A stretch of 64,000 nt of DNA from an uncultured bacterium (GCA_963725235.1 CAVRXN010000002.1:186902-250901), one strand, 5' to 3'. Positions 9,203-17,903 are shown, counted from the stretch's first letter. Translations and numbers: made by a program. Notes: a model not told the origin generated them from the letters alone.

Positions 9203-10933
9203 ATGAATGATGAACAGCTCCTCGCACAGCTGCAAGCACAAAATTTAGTCGACGCCGCGACGGCGACGCGTCTCAAGCGCGATGCTCTGATCGGTAGTGA
9301 ATCGATCGAGTCGCTGATTTCGCGGCAGCATATGGTTGACGACGTGCAGGTGGCGCAGATAAAGAGCGCGGCGCTGAAAGTGCCGTATAAGAAAGTCGAT
9401 CTAACAACGATCGATGCGAAACTGCTGCAAATGCTTCCCGAGGATACCGCGCGGACCTATGCGGCCATCCCGCTCTCATTCGATAACAACCTGCTCGTTA
9501 TCGGGATGGTCCATCCGGACGATGCAAAAGCGCAGGACGCAGTGAAATTTATCGCGCGGCAAAACCGCTGGAATCTCGGCGTGTATTTGATTTCATACGG
9601 CGACTGGCAGGATGCCCTGAAAAAATATTCGCCGTACCGGAACGAGATTGAAAAGGCGGTCGAATCGCTCAATATTAAAGAAGGCGACAACCAACGAAAG
9701 GTGGTACAGCTCGGCGCAATGGGCGGCGCCGAAGATGCGCCAATCATCCGGATCGTTTCCGACACGTTTCAGGAAGCGGTCGAGAGTAAAGCATCCGACA
9801 TCCATATCGAACCGCAGGAAAAATTCCTGCGCGTTCGTTTGCGTATCGACGGCGACCTTCGCCAAGTTGCATCGCTTCCGCCCGAGCTTGCCCAGCCAGT
9901 CGCGTCGCGCGTCAAAGTTATTTCAAATTTAAAAATCGACGAAACGCGTATCCCGCAAGACGGCCGCTTCCGTGCACGCATCTTTGACCGCGACATCGAC
10001 TTCCGCGTCGCAACATTCCCAACGCCGCTCGGCGAAAAAATCGCGATCCGCGTTCTCGACCCATCAAGCGGCCTGAAGGGATTCGATAATTTGCCATATT
10101 CCGACCATAACCGAAAAACGATAACCGAAGCACTCGACAAGCCGTTCGGCATGGTACTCGTAACGGGTCCAACCGGTTCCGGAAAAACGACGTCGCTCTA
10201 CGCAATTTTGCAAAAATTAAATACCGAAGACGTAAACATCGTTTCACTCGAAGATCCGGTCGAATATTTCGTAAGCGGTATTAACCAGTCGCAGGTCAGG
10301 CCGGAAATCGGCTACGATTTCGCATCCGGCCTCCGACAAATTCTGCGCCAAGACCCCGACGTCATCATGGTCGGCGAAATTCGCGACAGTGAAACTGCCG
10401 GCTTGGCCATTCAGGCAGCGCTGACCGGCCATATCGTTTTGTCGACGTTGCATACGAATAACGCCGCCGGCGTCATCCCGCGCTTGATCGATATGAAAGT
10501 TGAACCGTTCTTGATTCCGGTTTCATTAAATTTGATAGTCGCGCAGCGGTTGATCGGAACGCTTTGCCCCGATTGCAAACAGCCGGAAGAAGCATCCGCG
10601 CTGGTTCAGGAAATTATCGCCCGCGCAATCGACGATTTGCCCGAAGACGCCAAACCGGCGGTAACCGCGAAATATCAAGCGCCCTACAAGATCTACCACG
10701 CGAAAGGATGCAACACCTGCAAAGGCCGCGGCATTCTCGGCCGCAGCCAGATTCAGGAAGTGTTCCGGATGACGCCTGCAATCGAGCGCATCGTCGCCGA
10801 AGGCCCAACAATCGAGAAGCTGACCGCCGAAGCAAAGCGGCAGGGAATGGTCACACTGCGACAGGATGGCGTCGTAAAAGCACTCGACGGCCAGTTCTCA
10901 ATGGAGGATGTGTTGAGGGAGACGGAGGACTAA
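9203..10933 (+). CDS. pilB: Type IV pilus assembly (extension) ATPase PilB / GspE family
   Basis: T2SSE N-terminal domain, Walker A GPTGSGKTT, Asp box, Walker B DPDVIMVGEIRD, His box LTGHIVLSTLHTN, tetracysteine CPDC..C..C. Confidence 0.95.
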   Translation: MNDEQLLAQLQAQNLVDAATATRLKRDALIGSESIESLISRQHMVDDVQVAQIKSAALKVPYKKVDLTTIDAKLLQMLPEDTARTYAAIPLSFDNNLLVIGMVHPDDAKAQDAVKFIARQNRWNLGVYLISYGDWQDALKKYSPYRNEIEKAVESLNIKEGDNQRKVVQLGAMGGAEDAPIIRIVSDTFQEAVESKASDIHIEPQEKFLRVRLRIDGDLRQVASLPPELAQPVASRVKVISNLKIDETRIPQDGRFRARIFDRDIDFRVATFPTPLGEKIAIRVLDPSSGLKGFDNLPYSDHNRKTITEALDKPFGMVLVTGPTGSGKTTSLYAILQKLNTEDVNIVSLEDPVEYFVSGINQSQVRPEIGYDFASGLRQILRQDPDVIMVGEIRDSETAGLAIQAALTGHIVLSTLHTNNAAGVIPRLIDMKVEPFLIPVSLNLIVAQRLIGTLCPDCKQPEEASALVQEIIARAIDDLPEDAKPAVTAKYQAPYKIYHAKGCNTCKGRGILGRSQIQEVFRMTPAIERIVAEGPTIEKLTAEAKRQGMVTLRQDGVVKALDGQFSMEDVLRETED

Positions 10934-10980
10934 GAGACACCCAGACAAGGAGACAAAGATACACGGAGACAGAAGACAAG
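10933..10980 (+). repeat. GAGACA-type dispersed repeat, copy A (purine-rich strand on +)
   Basis: AGAGACACCCAGACAAGGAGACAAAGATACACGGAGACAGAAGACAAG. Shares GAGACAAAGA and ACACGGA with the reverse complement of copy B. It also shares TGTCTTCTGTCTCC and GTCTGGGTGT (as reverse complement) with the copy inside pilD. Confidence 0.7.
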
Positions 10981-10986
10981 CGACTG

Positions 10987-10995
10987 TGCTATAAT
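10987..10995 (+). promoter_or_regulatory. Extended -10 promoter element TGCTATAAT upstream of pilT
   Basis: A perfect TGnTATAAT lies between the two inverted repeat copies, 60 nt upstream of the pilT ATG. Confidence 0.5.
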
Positions 10996-11010
10996 TTTCT
11001 TGTAGATCTC

Positions 11011-11052
11011 CGGTCTCTTCGTATCCGTGTCTTTCTGTCTCTTTGTCTCTCT
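11011..11052 (+). repeat. GAGACA-type dispersed repeat, copy B (inverted relative to copy A)
   Basis: CGGTCTCTTCGTATCCGTGTCTTTCTGTCTCTTTGTCTCTCT. Its reverse complement GAGAGACAAAGAGACAGAAAGACACGGATACGAAGAGACCG aligns with copy A and with the ligA copy. Confidence 0.7.
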
Positions 11053-11055
11053 ACT

Positions 11056-12129
11056 ATGGACGACTTTAAAGCAAAACTTATCGACTTGCTGACGACGACG
11101 GCGAAGCAGAATGCTTCCGATTTGCATTTGGCGGTCGGACGGCGGCCGACGTTGCGTATCGATGGCGTACTCGTGCCGCTCCAGAAAGAGCCAATTACGA
11201 CGCCGGAAGTTGCGGAGGGGATTATCGGCGCGCTGATAACGGATGAGCAAAAGCAGAAATTGATCCGCGACCGGCAGGTGGACTTTGCCTACAGCTTCGA
11301 GGACAAAGCGCGCTTCCGCGTCAACGTATATTACCAGCGCGGCTATCTCGCAGCGGCGCTTCGCTTGGTTCCGAACCGCATCAAGACGATCGAAGAGCTC
11401 AACTTGCCGCCGCTCCTCCACGATCTCGCAAAGCTTTCGCAGGGATTCGTCCTCGTCGTCGGTCCCGCTGGCCACGGTAAGTCCTCGACCCTCGCCGCAA
11501 TTATCGACGAGATCAACCACACGCGCTCCGACCATATTATTACCATCGAAGACCCCGTCGAATATTTATTTACGCAGGACAAGTGCATCGTCTCCCAGCG
11601 CGAAGTCGGCAGTGACGCCGTCGGTTTCCATTCCGCGCTGCGAACGGTTCTCCGCCAAGACCCCGACGTCATCATGATCGGCGAAATGCGCGACGCCGTT
11701 TCGATCGGCACGGCGATGACCGCATCCGAAACCGGCCACTTGGTGTTATCGACGCTCCATACGAACTCCGCCTCGCAAACAATCGACCGCATCATCGACT
11801 CATTCCCAGCCGAACAGCAGGGCCAGGTGACATCCCAGCTCGCGGCGACGCTCGTCGCAATCATTTCCGAACGCTTGATGCCGCGCTTGTCCGGCGGCCG
11901 CATCCCGGCGATGGAAATCATGATCGTGAATCCCGCCATCAGGAACCTTATCCGCGAACGGAAAACATACCAGATCGACCTCGTGATCGAAACCAGTTTG
12001 CAGGAGGGGATGGTGACGCTCAACCGGTCGCTCGTAAACTTGGTGAAGAATAAAGAGATTTCACTCGAGAATGCCGAGCTGTATTCGCTGAATCCGGCGG
12101 AGTTGCGGATTCTTCTCGAAAGAACATAG
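11056..12129 (+). CDS. pilT: Twitching-motility (retraction) ATPase PilT
   Basis: MDDFKAKLIDLL..ASDLHLAVGRRPTLRIDG, Walker A GPAGHGKSST, DPDVIMIGEMRD, TGHLVLSTLHTNSA, AIRNLIRE motif. The 5' extension of ORF 10564 is a spurious overlap with pilB. Confidence 0.95.
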   Translation: MDDFKAKLIDLLTTTAKQNASDLHLAVGRRPTLRIDGVLVPLQKEPITTPEVAEGIIGALITDEQKQKLIRDRQVDFAYSFEDKARFRVNVYYQRGYLAAALRLVPNRIKTIEELNLPPLLHDLAKLSQGFVLVVGPAGHGKSSTLAAIIDEINHTRSDHIITIEDPVEYLFTQDKCIVSQREVGSDAVGFHSALRTVLRQDPDVIMIGEMRDAVSIGTAMTASETGHLVLSTLHTNSASQTIDRIIDSFPAEQQGQVTSQLAATLVAIISERLMPRLSGGRIPAMEIMIVNPAIRNLIRERKTYQIDLVIETSLQEGMVTLNRSLVNLVKNKEISLENAELYSLNPAELRILLERT

Positions 12130-12141
12130 TTTTGTTACGCA

Positions 12142-13360
12142 ATGAAATTCAAATATCAAGCCCGAACTAAACAAGGCGAGATGCAGGTTGGGTTCGTTGA
12201 GGCGGGCAGCCGCGACGGCGCAATCGGCATCCTGACGTCCCACGACCTGTTCGTCTTGAAAGTCGAGTCGTCGGAATCCGTCAGCCCGCTCGATCGCGTA
12301 AACGCTTTTCTCTCGAAGCCGCGCCGGAAAGATATGATCATCTTTTCACGCCAGCTCGCGACGCTACTCGAAGCGCGCTTACCGCTCAATAACGCACTGA
12401 AGATTCTTTCCCAGCAGACCAGAACAAGTCACTGCAAGGCGGCAATCGGGCAGGTGACGGAAGACATCGACGCCGGTTTATCATTTTCGCAGGCGATGGC
12501 GCGCCAGCCGAATATTTTTCCCGACTACTATGTCGAGATGATCCGCGCGGCGGAGGTGACGGGCAATATGAACGAGGTGTCGACCTTCCTCGCCGACTAT
12601 ACCGAGAAGGAAGCGGAGCTTTGCGAGCAAGGCGTCGTCGGCGCATGATCTATCCGGGCATCGTGCTCGCCGTGTTCTTTGTTGTCGCATTCATCTTGCT
12701 GACATTCGTTTATCCGGCGCTCGGCTCCGTCTTCGCCGAGAACGGTGTCACGTTGCCATGGTACACGAAAATACTGCTCGCAACCGGCAATTTCTTGGCG
12801 AAGTGGTGGCCGGTCGTTATCATCGCGATCGCCGCCCTCGGTTTCGTCATCGTCGATTACTTCGGAACTGACGAAGGCAAAGCGCTGCTCGATGACGCGA
12901 AGATAACGCTGCCGATCGTGAAGCAAGTCTACAATCCGGTCATCATGGCGCGCTTCGGTAACTCGGCCGCGCTCCTCGTCCACGGCGGCATCCCGATCGC
13001 GCAGTCGATGGAGATCATCGGCCATATGGTCGACAACGTTTTATATCGCGACGTCATCCACGATATCGCCGAAGACGTCCGGCAGGGCATTTTGCTGTCT
13101 GAAGCATCGCGAAGCATCCGCGTTTCTTCCCGTCGCTCGTCCCGCAGATGGTCGCCGTCGGCGAAACGACCGGCAAGGTAGAAGATATGTTCAACCGCCT
13201 CGCCACTATCTACACCCGCGACGCCGACAAGATAACCAATAACCTCGTCGACCTCATCCAGCCAATCCTCATCATCGGCATGGGTCTTATGGTCGGCCTG
13301 CTGTTCGCTTCGATCCTCATCCCGATCTATAGCTTGACGGCAAATGTCGGGAATGGGTAA
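12142..13360 (+). CDS. pilC: Type IV pilus platform protein PilC (GspF family), split over three frames by two apparent 1-nt indels
   Basis: ORFs 12142..12648, 12621..13181 and 13148..13360 together give a collinear PilC: IFSRQLATLLEARLPLNNAL.., MIYPGIVLAVFFVV.., FPSLVPQMVAVGETTGKVEDMF..IQPILIIGMGLMVG. Frame changes occur at the T-run 12620-12622 and at GAAG 13111-13114. Confidence 0.85.
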
Positions 13361-13415
13361 GGCGGGCGGCAGCGCCGAGTTTTCCACAGGTCTGCCGGTT
13401 GCCCCAGTCGCGGGA

Positions 13416-13424
13416 TGGTATACT
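13416..13424 (+). promoter_or_regulatory. Extended -10 element TGGTATACT upstream of the major pilin gene
   Basis: TGnTATACT about 50-60 nt upstream of the pilin start. The leader contains the purine-rich tract AAAGAAAGGGAAAGAGAAAGG (SD-like). Confidence 0.4.
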
Positions 13425-13476
13425 AAAAGTGACCTAAAGAAAGGGAAAGAGAAAGGTCGAGATACTTATTAAATAA

Positions 13477-13998
13477 ATGTTAAACGAAATGAAAGATTTC
13501 AACCGAAAGGGTTTTACGCTTATCGAAATCTTGATCGTCGTCGCAATCATCGCAATCTTGGCATCCATCGTTCTCGTCGGTCTCGGGCCCAGCCAACAGG
13601 CAGGCCGCGATGCGCGCCGATTGTCGGATTTGCATGAAATCCAGACCGGTCTCGAATTGTACTACAATGCCTGCGGATATTATCCAGGTACCGACACAAA
13701 AACGCCGTGTACTGGATATAAAAACTCAACAGGATTCGTAGCCCTAAAAGGCATTCTTACCGGATTTGCGAGTTTAGGTATCACCAGCGTTCCTGATGAT
13801 CCGACAGGAGGGAAGCATTATACTTATAGCACTGTTCCAGGTACAGGAACTTCGTATGTGTTGAGTGCTACTTTGGAAAATGCTAATAATACCGTTTTCA
13901 CGAGCTACACTCCTCCAAATAATGCAGCGGCTGCTACTGATGGAGATGGCAAGCAGACCTGTGCTGCGGCTGGTCCTCAGTATTGTATTTCTATCTAG
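13477..13998 (+). CDS. pilA: Major type IV pilin (prepilin with N-terminal cleavage/methylation motif)
   Basis: Leader ..NRKG followed by FTLIEILIVVAIIAILASIVLVGL (G/FTLIE class III signal, Glu5). A strong terminator lies immediately downstream. Confidence 0.85.
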   Translation: MLNEMKDFNRKGFTLIEILIVVAIIAILASIVLVGLGPSQQAGRDARRLSDLHEIQTGLELYYNACGYYPGTDTKTPCTGYKNSTGFVALKGILTGFASLGITSVPDDPTGGKHYTYSTVPGTGTSYVLSATLENANNTVFTSYTPPNNAAAATDGDGKQTCAAAGPQYCISI

Positions 13999-14030
13999 TG
14001 TAGTGTTAGGTTGGTGGAATCGTTTTCCCG

Positions 14031-14056
14031 AAAACCCCGCCTCGTGCGGGGTTTTT
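14031..14056 (+). terminator. Rho-independent terminator after the pilin gene
   Basis: AAAACCCCGC-CTCGT-GCGGGGTTTT: a GC-rich stem followed by a T-run. Confidence 0.7.
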
Positions 14057-14212
14057 GATTGTCGGCGAGCGCGGTGCAGCAAGGGGAGATTTCAGCAACT
14101 CAAAAACCGCCTTTTAGCGGTCTTTGATCGGGGTACTTTTGGCACCCAGCCTCCTCGCCAGATGATTATCATAATACCCCCGTTGTGTCGGGTTCTGCGC
14201 TATAATAAACCC

Positions 14213-15067
14213 ATGCTCTGGTTTCTTCTCTTTGTCTTCGGCGCAGCGATCGGGAGTTTTTTAAACGTCGTCGCGGTTCGGTATGACGGCGAAAAGTTTT
14301 TGTTCTCAACGAAAGCGATCGGCGGCCGCTCGCATTGTCCGCACTGCAAGAAAACCCTCCAGTGGTACGAACTGATCCCACTCGCCAGCTTCGCAATACA
14401 AGGCGGCAAGTGCCGAAACTGCAAAGCGCACATCTCATGGCGCTATCCGATTATGGAACTGCTCTCCGCCGCTATCTTTGTCTTCGTCCCATTCTTTCTG
14501 TCTTCTGTCTCCCTGTCTTCTTTGTCTTTTGTCTCCCTGTCTCTCGTCTGGGTGTTCGCATTCGAGCTCCTCCTCCTGATCGCCTACATCGACCTCTTGC
14601 TAACCATCATCCCGGATGAACTAAACATCGCCCTTGCCGTCGTCGCACTCGTCGAGATCATATTATCAATACACGCGTTCGGCGCCGCCAACCAATCATC
14701 CTTCGGCCCATTCGCAAGCGTCTTCGGCTTACAATCGAATATCTGGATCAACCACATAGTCGCCGCCGTGTTCGGCGTCGCGTTCTTCGGCGCGATCGTC
14801 GGCGCGACGCGTGGACGGGGGATGGGTATGGGCGACGCGAAGCTCGCGTTGCCGCTCGGCCTGCTCTTCGGCTGGCCCGATATCCTGATCATCGCCATGA
14901 TAGCGTTCGTCATCGGCGGCGCGTACGGGCTGATCGCGATAACGGCTGGCAGGAAGACGATGAAAAGCGCTGTGCCATTCGGACCATTCCTCGTCATCGC
15001 CTCGACCATCGCATTCTTCGCCGGCACCGGTTTATTTAACTGGTATTTCCATATGTTAGGATTATAG
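14213..15067 (+). CDS. pilD: Prepilin peptidase / N-methyltransferase PilD (A24 family)
   Basis: MLWFLLFVFGAAIGSFLNVV, zinc cysteines CPHC..C.NC, catalytic Asp motifs IDLLLTIIPDE and GMGMGDAKL. TATAAT at 14201-14206 is 6 nt from the ATG. The longer ORF from 13865 crosses the pilin terminator and is rejected. Confidence 0.9.
   Translation: MLWFLLFVFGAAIGSFLNVVAVRYDGEKFLFSTKAIGGRSHCPHCKKTLQWYELIPLASFAIQGGKCRNCKAHISWRYPIMELLSAAIFVFVPFFLSSVSLSSLSFVSLSLVWVFAFELLLLIAYIDLLLTIIPDELNIALAVVALVEIILSIHAFGAANQSSFGPFASVFGLQSNIWINHIVAAVFGVAFFGAIVGATRGRGMGMGDAKLALPLGLLFGWPDILIIAMIAFVIGGAYGLIAITAGRKTMKSAVPFGPFLVIASTIAFFAGTGLFNWYFHMLGL
14476..14557 (+). repeat. GAGACA-type dispersed repeat, copy C, embedded in frame in pilD
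   Basis: CTTTGTCTTCGTCCCATTCTTTCTGTCTTCTGTCTCCCTGTCTTCTTTGTCTTTTGTCTCCCTGTCTCTCGTCTGGGTGTTC. Contains the exact 14-mer TGTCTTCTGTCTCC and 10-mer GTCTGGGTGT found in the reverse complement of copy A. Translated as FVPFFLSSVSLSSLSFVSLSLVWVF. Confidence 0.7.
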
Positions 15068-15068
15068 T

Positions 15069-15728
15069 ATGTCGTTTCAAATAAATCGGCACTCGCGCGC
15101 CCGCGCCACCCGCGCGCATCGCCGCGCATTCACTCTTATCGAACTCCTGATCGTCGTCGCCATTTCAGCGATTTTTTCGACGCTCGCGATAACGTACTCG
15201 AGCGTCGGCCGCAATGCGACGACGCTGACTGTCGAGGAGGCGAAGATTTCACAATTCATACTACAAGCGAAGCAGCTCTCGCTTTCGACCTATACCGTCG
15301 GCAATGCGACGTCATCTTGCGCGTTCGGCATGACATTCGATTTGGCCGCAACACCGCAAACATATTCGATCTTTTCCTATGATCCAGGAACGCCCAACTG
15401 TCCATCCGACGATACGATTACAAATATTACGACCGATCAAGAAAAAGAATATACGAATGGAACATGGAAAGTGCCGGTTGCGCAGGGCGTTGTCTTGAAG
15501 TCGCAGGATAATAATGATGGCCTCGTGACGATTTTATTCTATCCGCCGGCGCCGGATGTATTTCTCTTGCGCGAAGCGGATATTAGTAATGGGGGTTCGG
15601 GGCCGCAAACATTCGGCAGCGGGCCAAATAATCCGGGAAGCGCGAGCGTCTATCTCGAAACAATTGACGGCAAAAATAGTGCAACATTTTCAGTCGACTC
15701 CGAAGGGCAAATTTCTTTCGCACAATGA
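15069..15728 (+). CDS. Minor pilin / pseudopilin with prepilin-type N-terminal motif
   Basis: ..HRRA-FTLIELLIVVAISAIFSTLAI. Position -1 is Ala rather than the usual Gly. Confidence 0.75.
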   Translation: MSFQINRHSRARATRAHRRAFTLIELLIVVAISAIFSTLAITYSSVGRNATTLTVEEAKISQFILQAKQLSLSTYTVGNATSSCAFGMTFDLAATPQTYSIFSYDPGTPNCPSDDTITNITTDQEKEYTNGTWKVPVAQGVVLKSQDNNDGLVTILFYPPAPDVFLLREADISNGGSGPQTFGSGPNNPGSASVYLETIDGKNSATFSVDSEGQISFAQ

Positions 15729-16312
15729 AACATTTTAGCAAAAAATCTGGCCGCCAATCCGGACAAACGCTCGTCGAGGTCATGGTCGCGCTGTTCGTTC
15801 TGACGACCGGTTTTCTCGGCATCGTAACGCTCCTCTCCCAGTCACTCTATATCAGCAAAAATATCAGCACCGAAACGACGGCAACCTATCTCGCCGCCGA
15901 AGGGATTGAGCTCGCGAAGAATATTATAGACCATGATGTATACCAGCATCTCGATTGCAACGTGCAAGGAACCGGATGGGCGCAGGGATCTCACGATACG
16001 GCGTTCACGGTCGGCCGCAGTTATCAACTCGACTACACGACATGCAACGATCTGGCGGGACGAGCAACGGATTGCGATCCTCAGCTCTACAACAATCAGA
16101 ATCAATTATTACTCGACCCAACGACTGGCCTCTACGGCTATCAAAGCGGCGCCCCGACGCCGTTTACGCGCGAAGTCCGAATATCCTCCGATCTATCAAA
16201 CGAAGAGCTGACCGTCCAATCGATCGTGACCTGGCATGTCGGCCTCGGCACGCAGAGCGTAACGCTCGAAGACGATTTCTATAACTGGCATCCATCAACC
16301 AGCTGCACATAA
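15725..16312 (+). CDS. Minor pilin, PilV-like
   Basis: ..RQSG-QTLVEVMVALFVLTTGFLGIV (Glu5 present). ATGA overlap with the upstream gene. Confidence 0.7.
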   Translation: MKHFSKKSGRQSGQTLVEVMVALFVLTTGFLGIVTLLSQSLYISKNISTETTATYLAAEGIELAKNIIDHDVYQHLDCNVQGTGWAQGSHDTAFTVGRSYQLDYTTCNDLAGRATDCDPQLYNNQNQLLLDPTTGLYGYQSGAPTPFTREVRISSDLSNEELTVQSIVTWHVGLGTQSVTLEDDFYNWHPSTSCT

Positions 16313-16316
16313 CATT

Positions 16317-16940
16317 ATGAAATTAAAAAAAGGATTCACTCTTATAGAATTGTTGGTCGCCATCGCGGTTTTTTCGATCGTCGTCGCGATCGGTGTCGGC
16401 GGCTTCGTACATGCGCTCCGCACCCAGCGCGAAGTTGCGGCGCTTATCGCAACCGAAACAAACGCTTCGACCGCACTCGAGCAGATGGCGCGCGAGATTC
16501 GAACGGGAGAGCTGTTCTGTACCAATGCTGGCAGCGATCCGGGAACGCCAGCGACGCAAAACGCTGCGTGCGCACCGGTGAATGGAATGGGCTGTTCAAT
16601 CAACGGCACCGTCTGGACCTGCAACAGCATCCTCGACTTCTACAACTCCGACGGCAACAACGTCGACTATGAATTGAACAACGGATCGCTCGGCCGAAGC
16701 CAGGACGGCATCGACGGCGACTTCACGCCGTTGACGAGCAACAACGTAAACGTCGTCAGCACGACCTTCATCATTTTCGGCAACACGGAAGGCGATAACT
16801 GGCCGCCGCGGATAACGATCGTGCTCCGCGTCGCACCGAGCTCGACCGACCCGGCGCTCGCAAACGACATCCTCGACTTCCAAACCACCGTCAGCGCCCG
16901 TGAAATCGACTGCACCCAGGGGCCAAGCGTCGAGTGTTGA
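16317..16940 (+). CDS. Minor pilin, PilW-like
   Basis: MKLKKG-FTLIELLVAIAVFSIVVAIGV class III signal. Confidence 0.75.
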   Translation: MKLKKGFTLIELLVAIAVFSIVVAIGVGGFVHALRTQREVAALIATETNASTALEQMAREIRTGELFCTNAGSDPGTPATQNAACAPVNGMGCSINGTVWTCNSILDFYNSDGNNVDYELNNGSLGRSQDGIDGDFTPLTSNNVNVVSTTFIIFGNTEGDNWPPRITIVLRVAPSSTDPALANDILDFQTTVSAREIDCTQGPSVEC

Positions 16941-16965
16941 CAAATTTTCCATAATACGCTATCAT
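16937..16965 (+). promoter_or_regulatory. Canonical sigma70 promoter (TTGACA, 17 nt, TATCAT) for the 17034 gene
   Basis: TTGACA at 16937-16942 and TATCAT at 16960-16965. Followed by a long leader and a strong SD GGGGGAG 3-4 nt before ATG 17034, which is unlike the neighbouring leaderless-style genes. Confidence 0.5.
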
Positions 16966-17033
16966 AAGGGCAGATTCGCACTTATCAGCTTTAGGTCGAA
17001 TTTGGTTCAAAAATTGCATATAAAGGGGGAGCT

Positions 17034-17903
17034 ATGAAACAGCTCTTTTTCGCTACGTTTTTGCTCGCGTTTTCGCACGTGAGTACATTGTTGGGGCAAT
17101 CAGAGCCGTCCATGGCTCGGGATCTTGAGATTTCTAGTCCGAACTTGGGCCTGGTCTATTCGTCTCCTTCGGGGAACTCCTGTATCACCTTGAGGGTCGC
17201 AATCGGAGACGCCAATGGGGTTCCGCTTGAAAAAGAACTCCAAGCGTTTGGCAGTCAGAGTTTCGGCGACGTCTCGTTCTGCCCGGGCGTCACGGTGAAA
17301 TTCTCGGTTGCCGACCTTCCGCCTGGAACATATCAGGTGCACGTCACGGATCCGACGAATGGGGCGATCGACCAGACGCTTAACCTTCCATTGAATGGCG
17401 CTGAAAATCGTCTCACCACCGAAAGCGAAAACTCGCAATCGGCCGCGATTATGGCTAGCCAAGCATTTTCGCCGGGGACGGGTTTTTTTGCATACGTATC
17501 GCCCGATGAGCAGCCGGCTGGCAGCACGGTCATCTATTTGACTGGCAACGGATATCCGTACAATAGGGCACCGAGGTACGTTCTCTCGCAGAAACAAGAC
17601 GATGGCACTTGGGTGACGTGGGAGGCCAGGCCCCAGGTTGGTCAGTACTCGGAGTTCTGCAACGAGGTCGATTACTTTCAGGCAGAATCGGGCGGCACGC
17701 TTGTAGAGAGAGATCTATGGGCGCAAACGCTGACGGTGCCGGTCCCGTATATTCGGGAGGATAGGCCAACGTATGCAACCATCATCGACGATAATCCCGA
17801 TGGTTATCGTGGCCAAAGCGTGACGATCGTTCTGATTTCGCTAGCCTCAATGCGCACCGCTTTCCCGGTATGCCATCCGGGCGGGCAGTTCTCATTCAAC
17901 TAG
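17034..17903 (+). CDS. Secreted protein of unknown function (signal peptide)
   Basis: N-terminal MKQLFFATFLLAFSHVSTLLGQ signal-like sequence. 289 aa, no recognisable domain. Confidence 0.6.
   Translation: MKQLFFATFLLAFSHVSTLLGQSEPSMARDLEISSPNLGLVYSSPSGNSCITLRVAIGDANGVPLEKELQAFGSQSFGDVSFCPGVTVKFSVADLPPGTYQVHVTDPTNGAIDQTLNLPLNGAENRLTTESENSQSAAIMASQAFSPGTGFFAYVSPDEQPAGSTVIYLTGNGYPYNRAPRYVLSQKQDDGTWVTWEARPQVGQYSEFCNEVDYFQAESGGTLVERDLWAQTLTVPVPYIREDRPTYATIIDDNPDGYRGQSVTIVLISLASMRTAFPVCHPGGQFSFN

Noticed and set aside
10564-11055. Long N-terminal extension of the pilT ORF (ORF track 10564..12129)
   Set aside because: - The first 164 codons overlap pilB in another frame and run through the intergenic repeat pair.
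- The encoded sequence is Arg/Pro-rich nonsense.
- PilT homology starts exactly at MDDFKAK (11056).
13865-14212. N-terminal extension of the pilD ORF
   Set aside because: - It overlaps the pilin gene and reads through two terminator hairpins.
- PilD homology and the first TM helix start at MLWFLLFVFG (14213), just after a TATAAT box.
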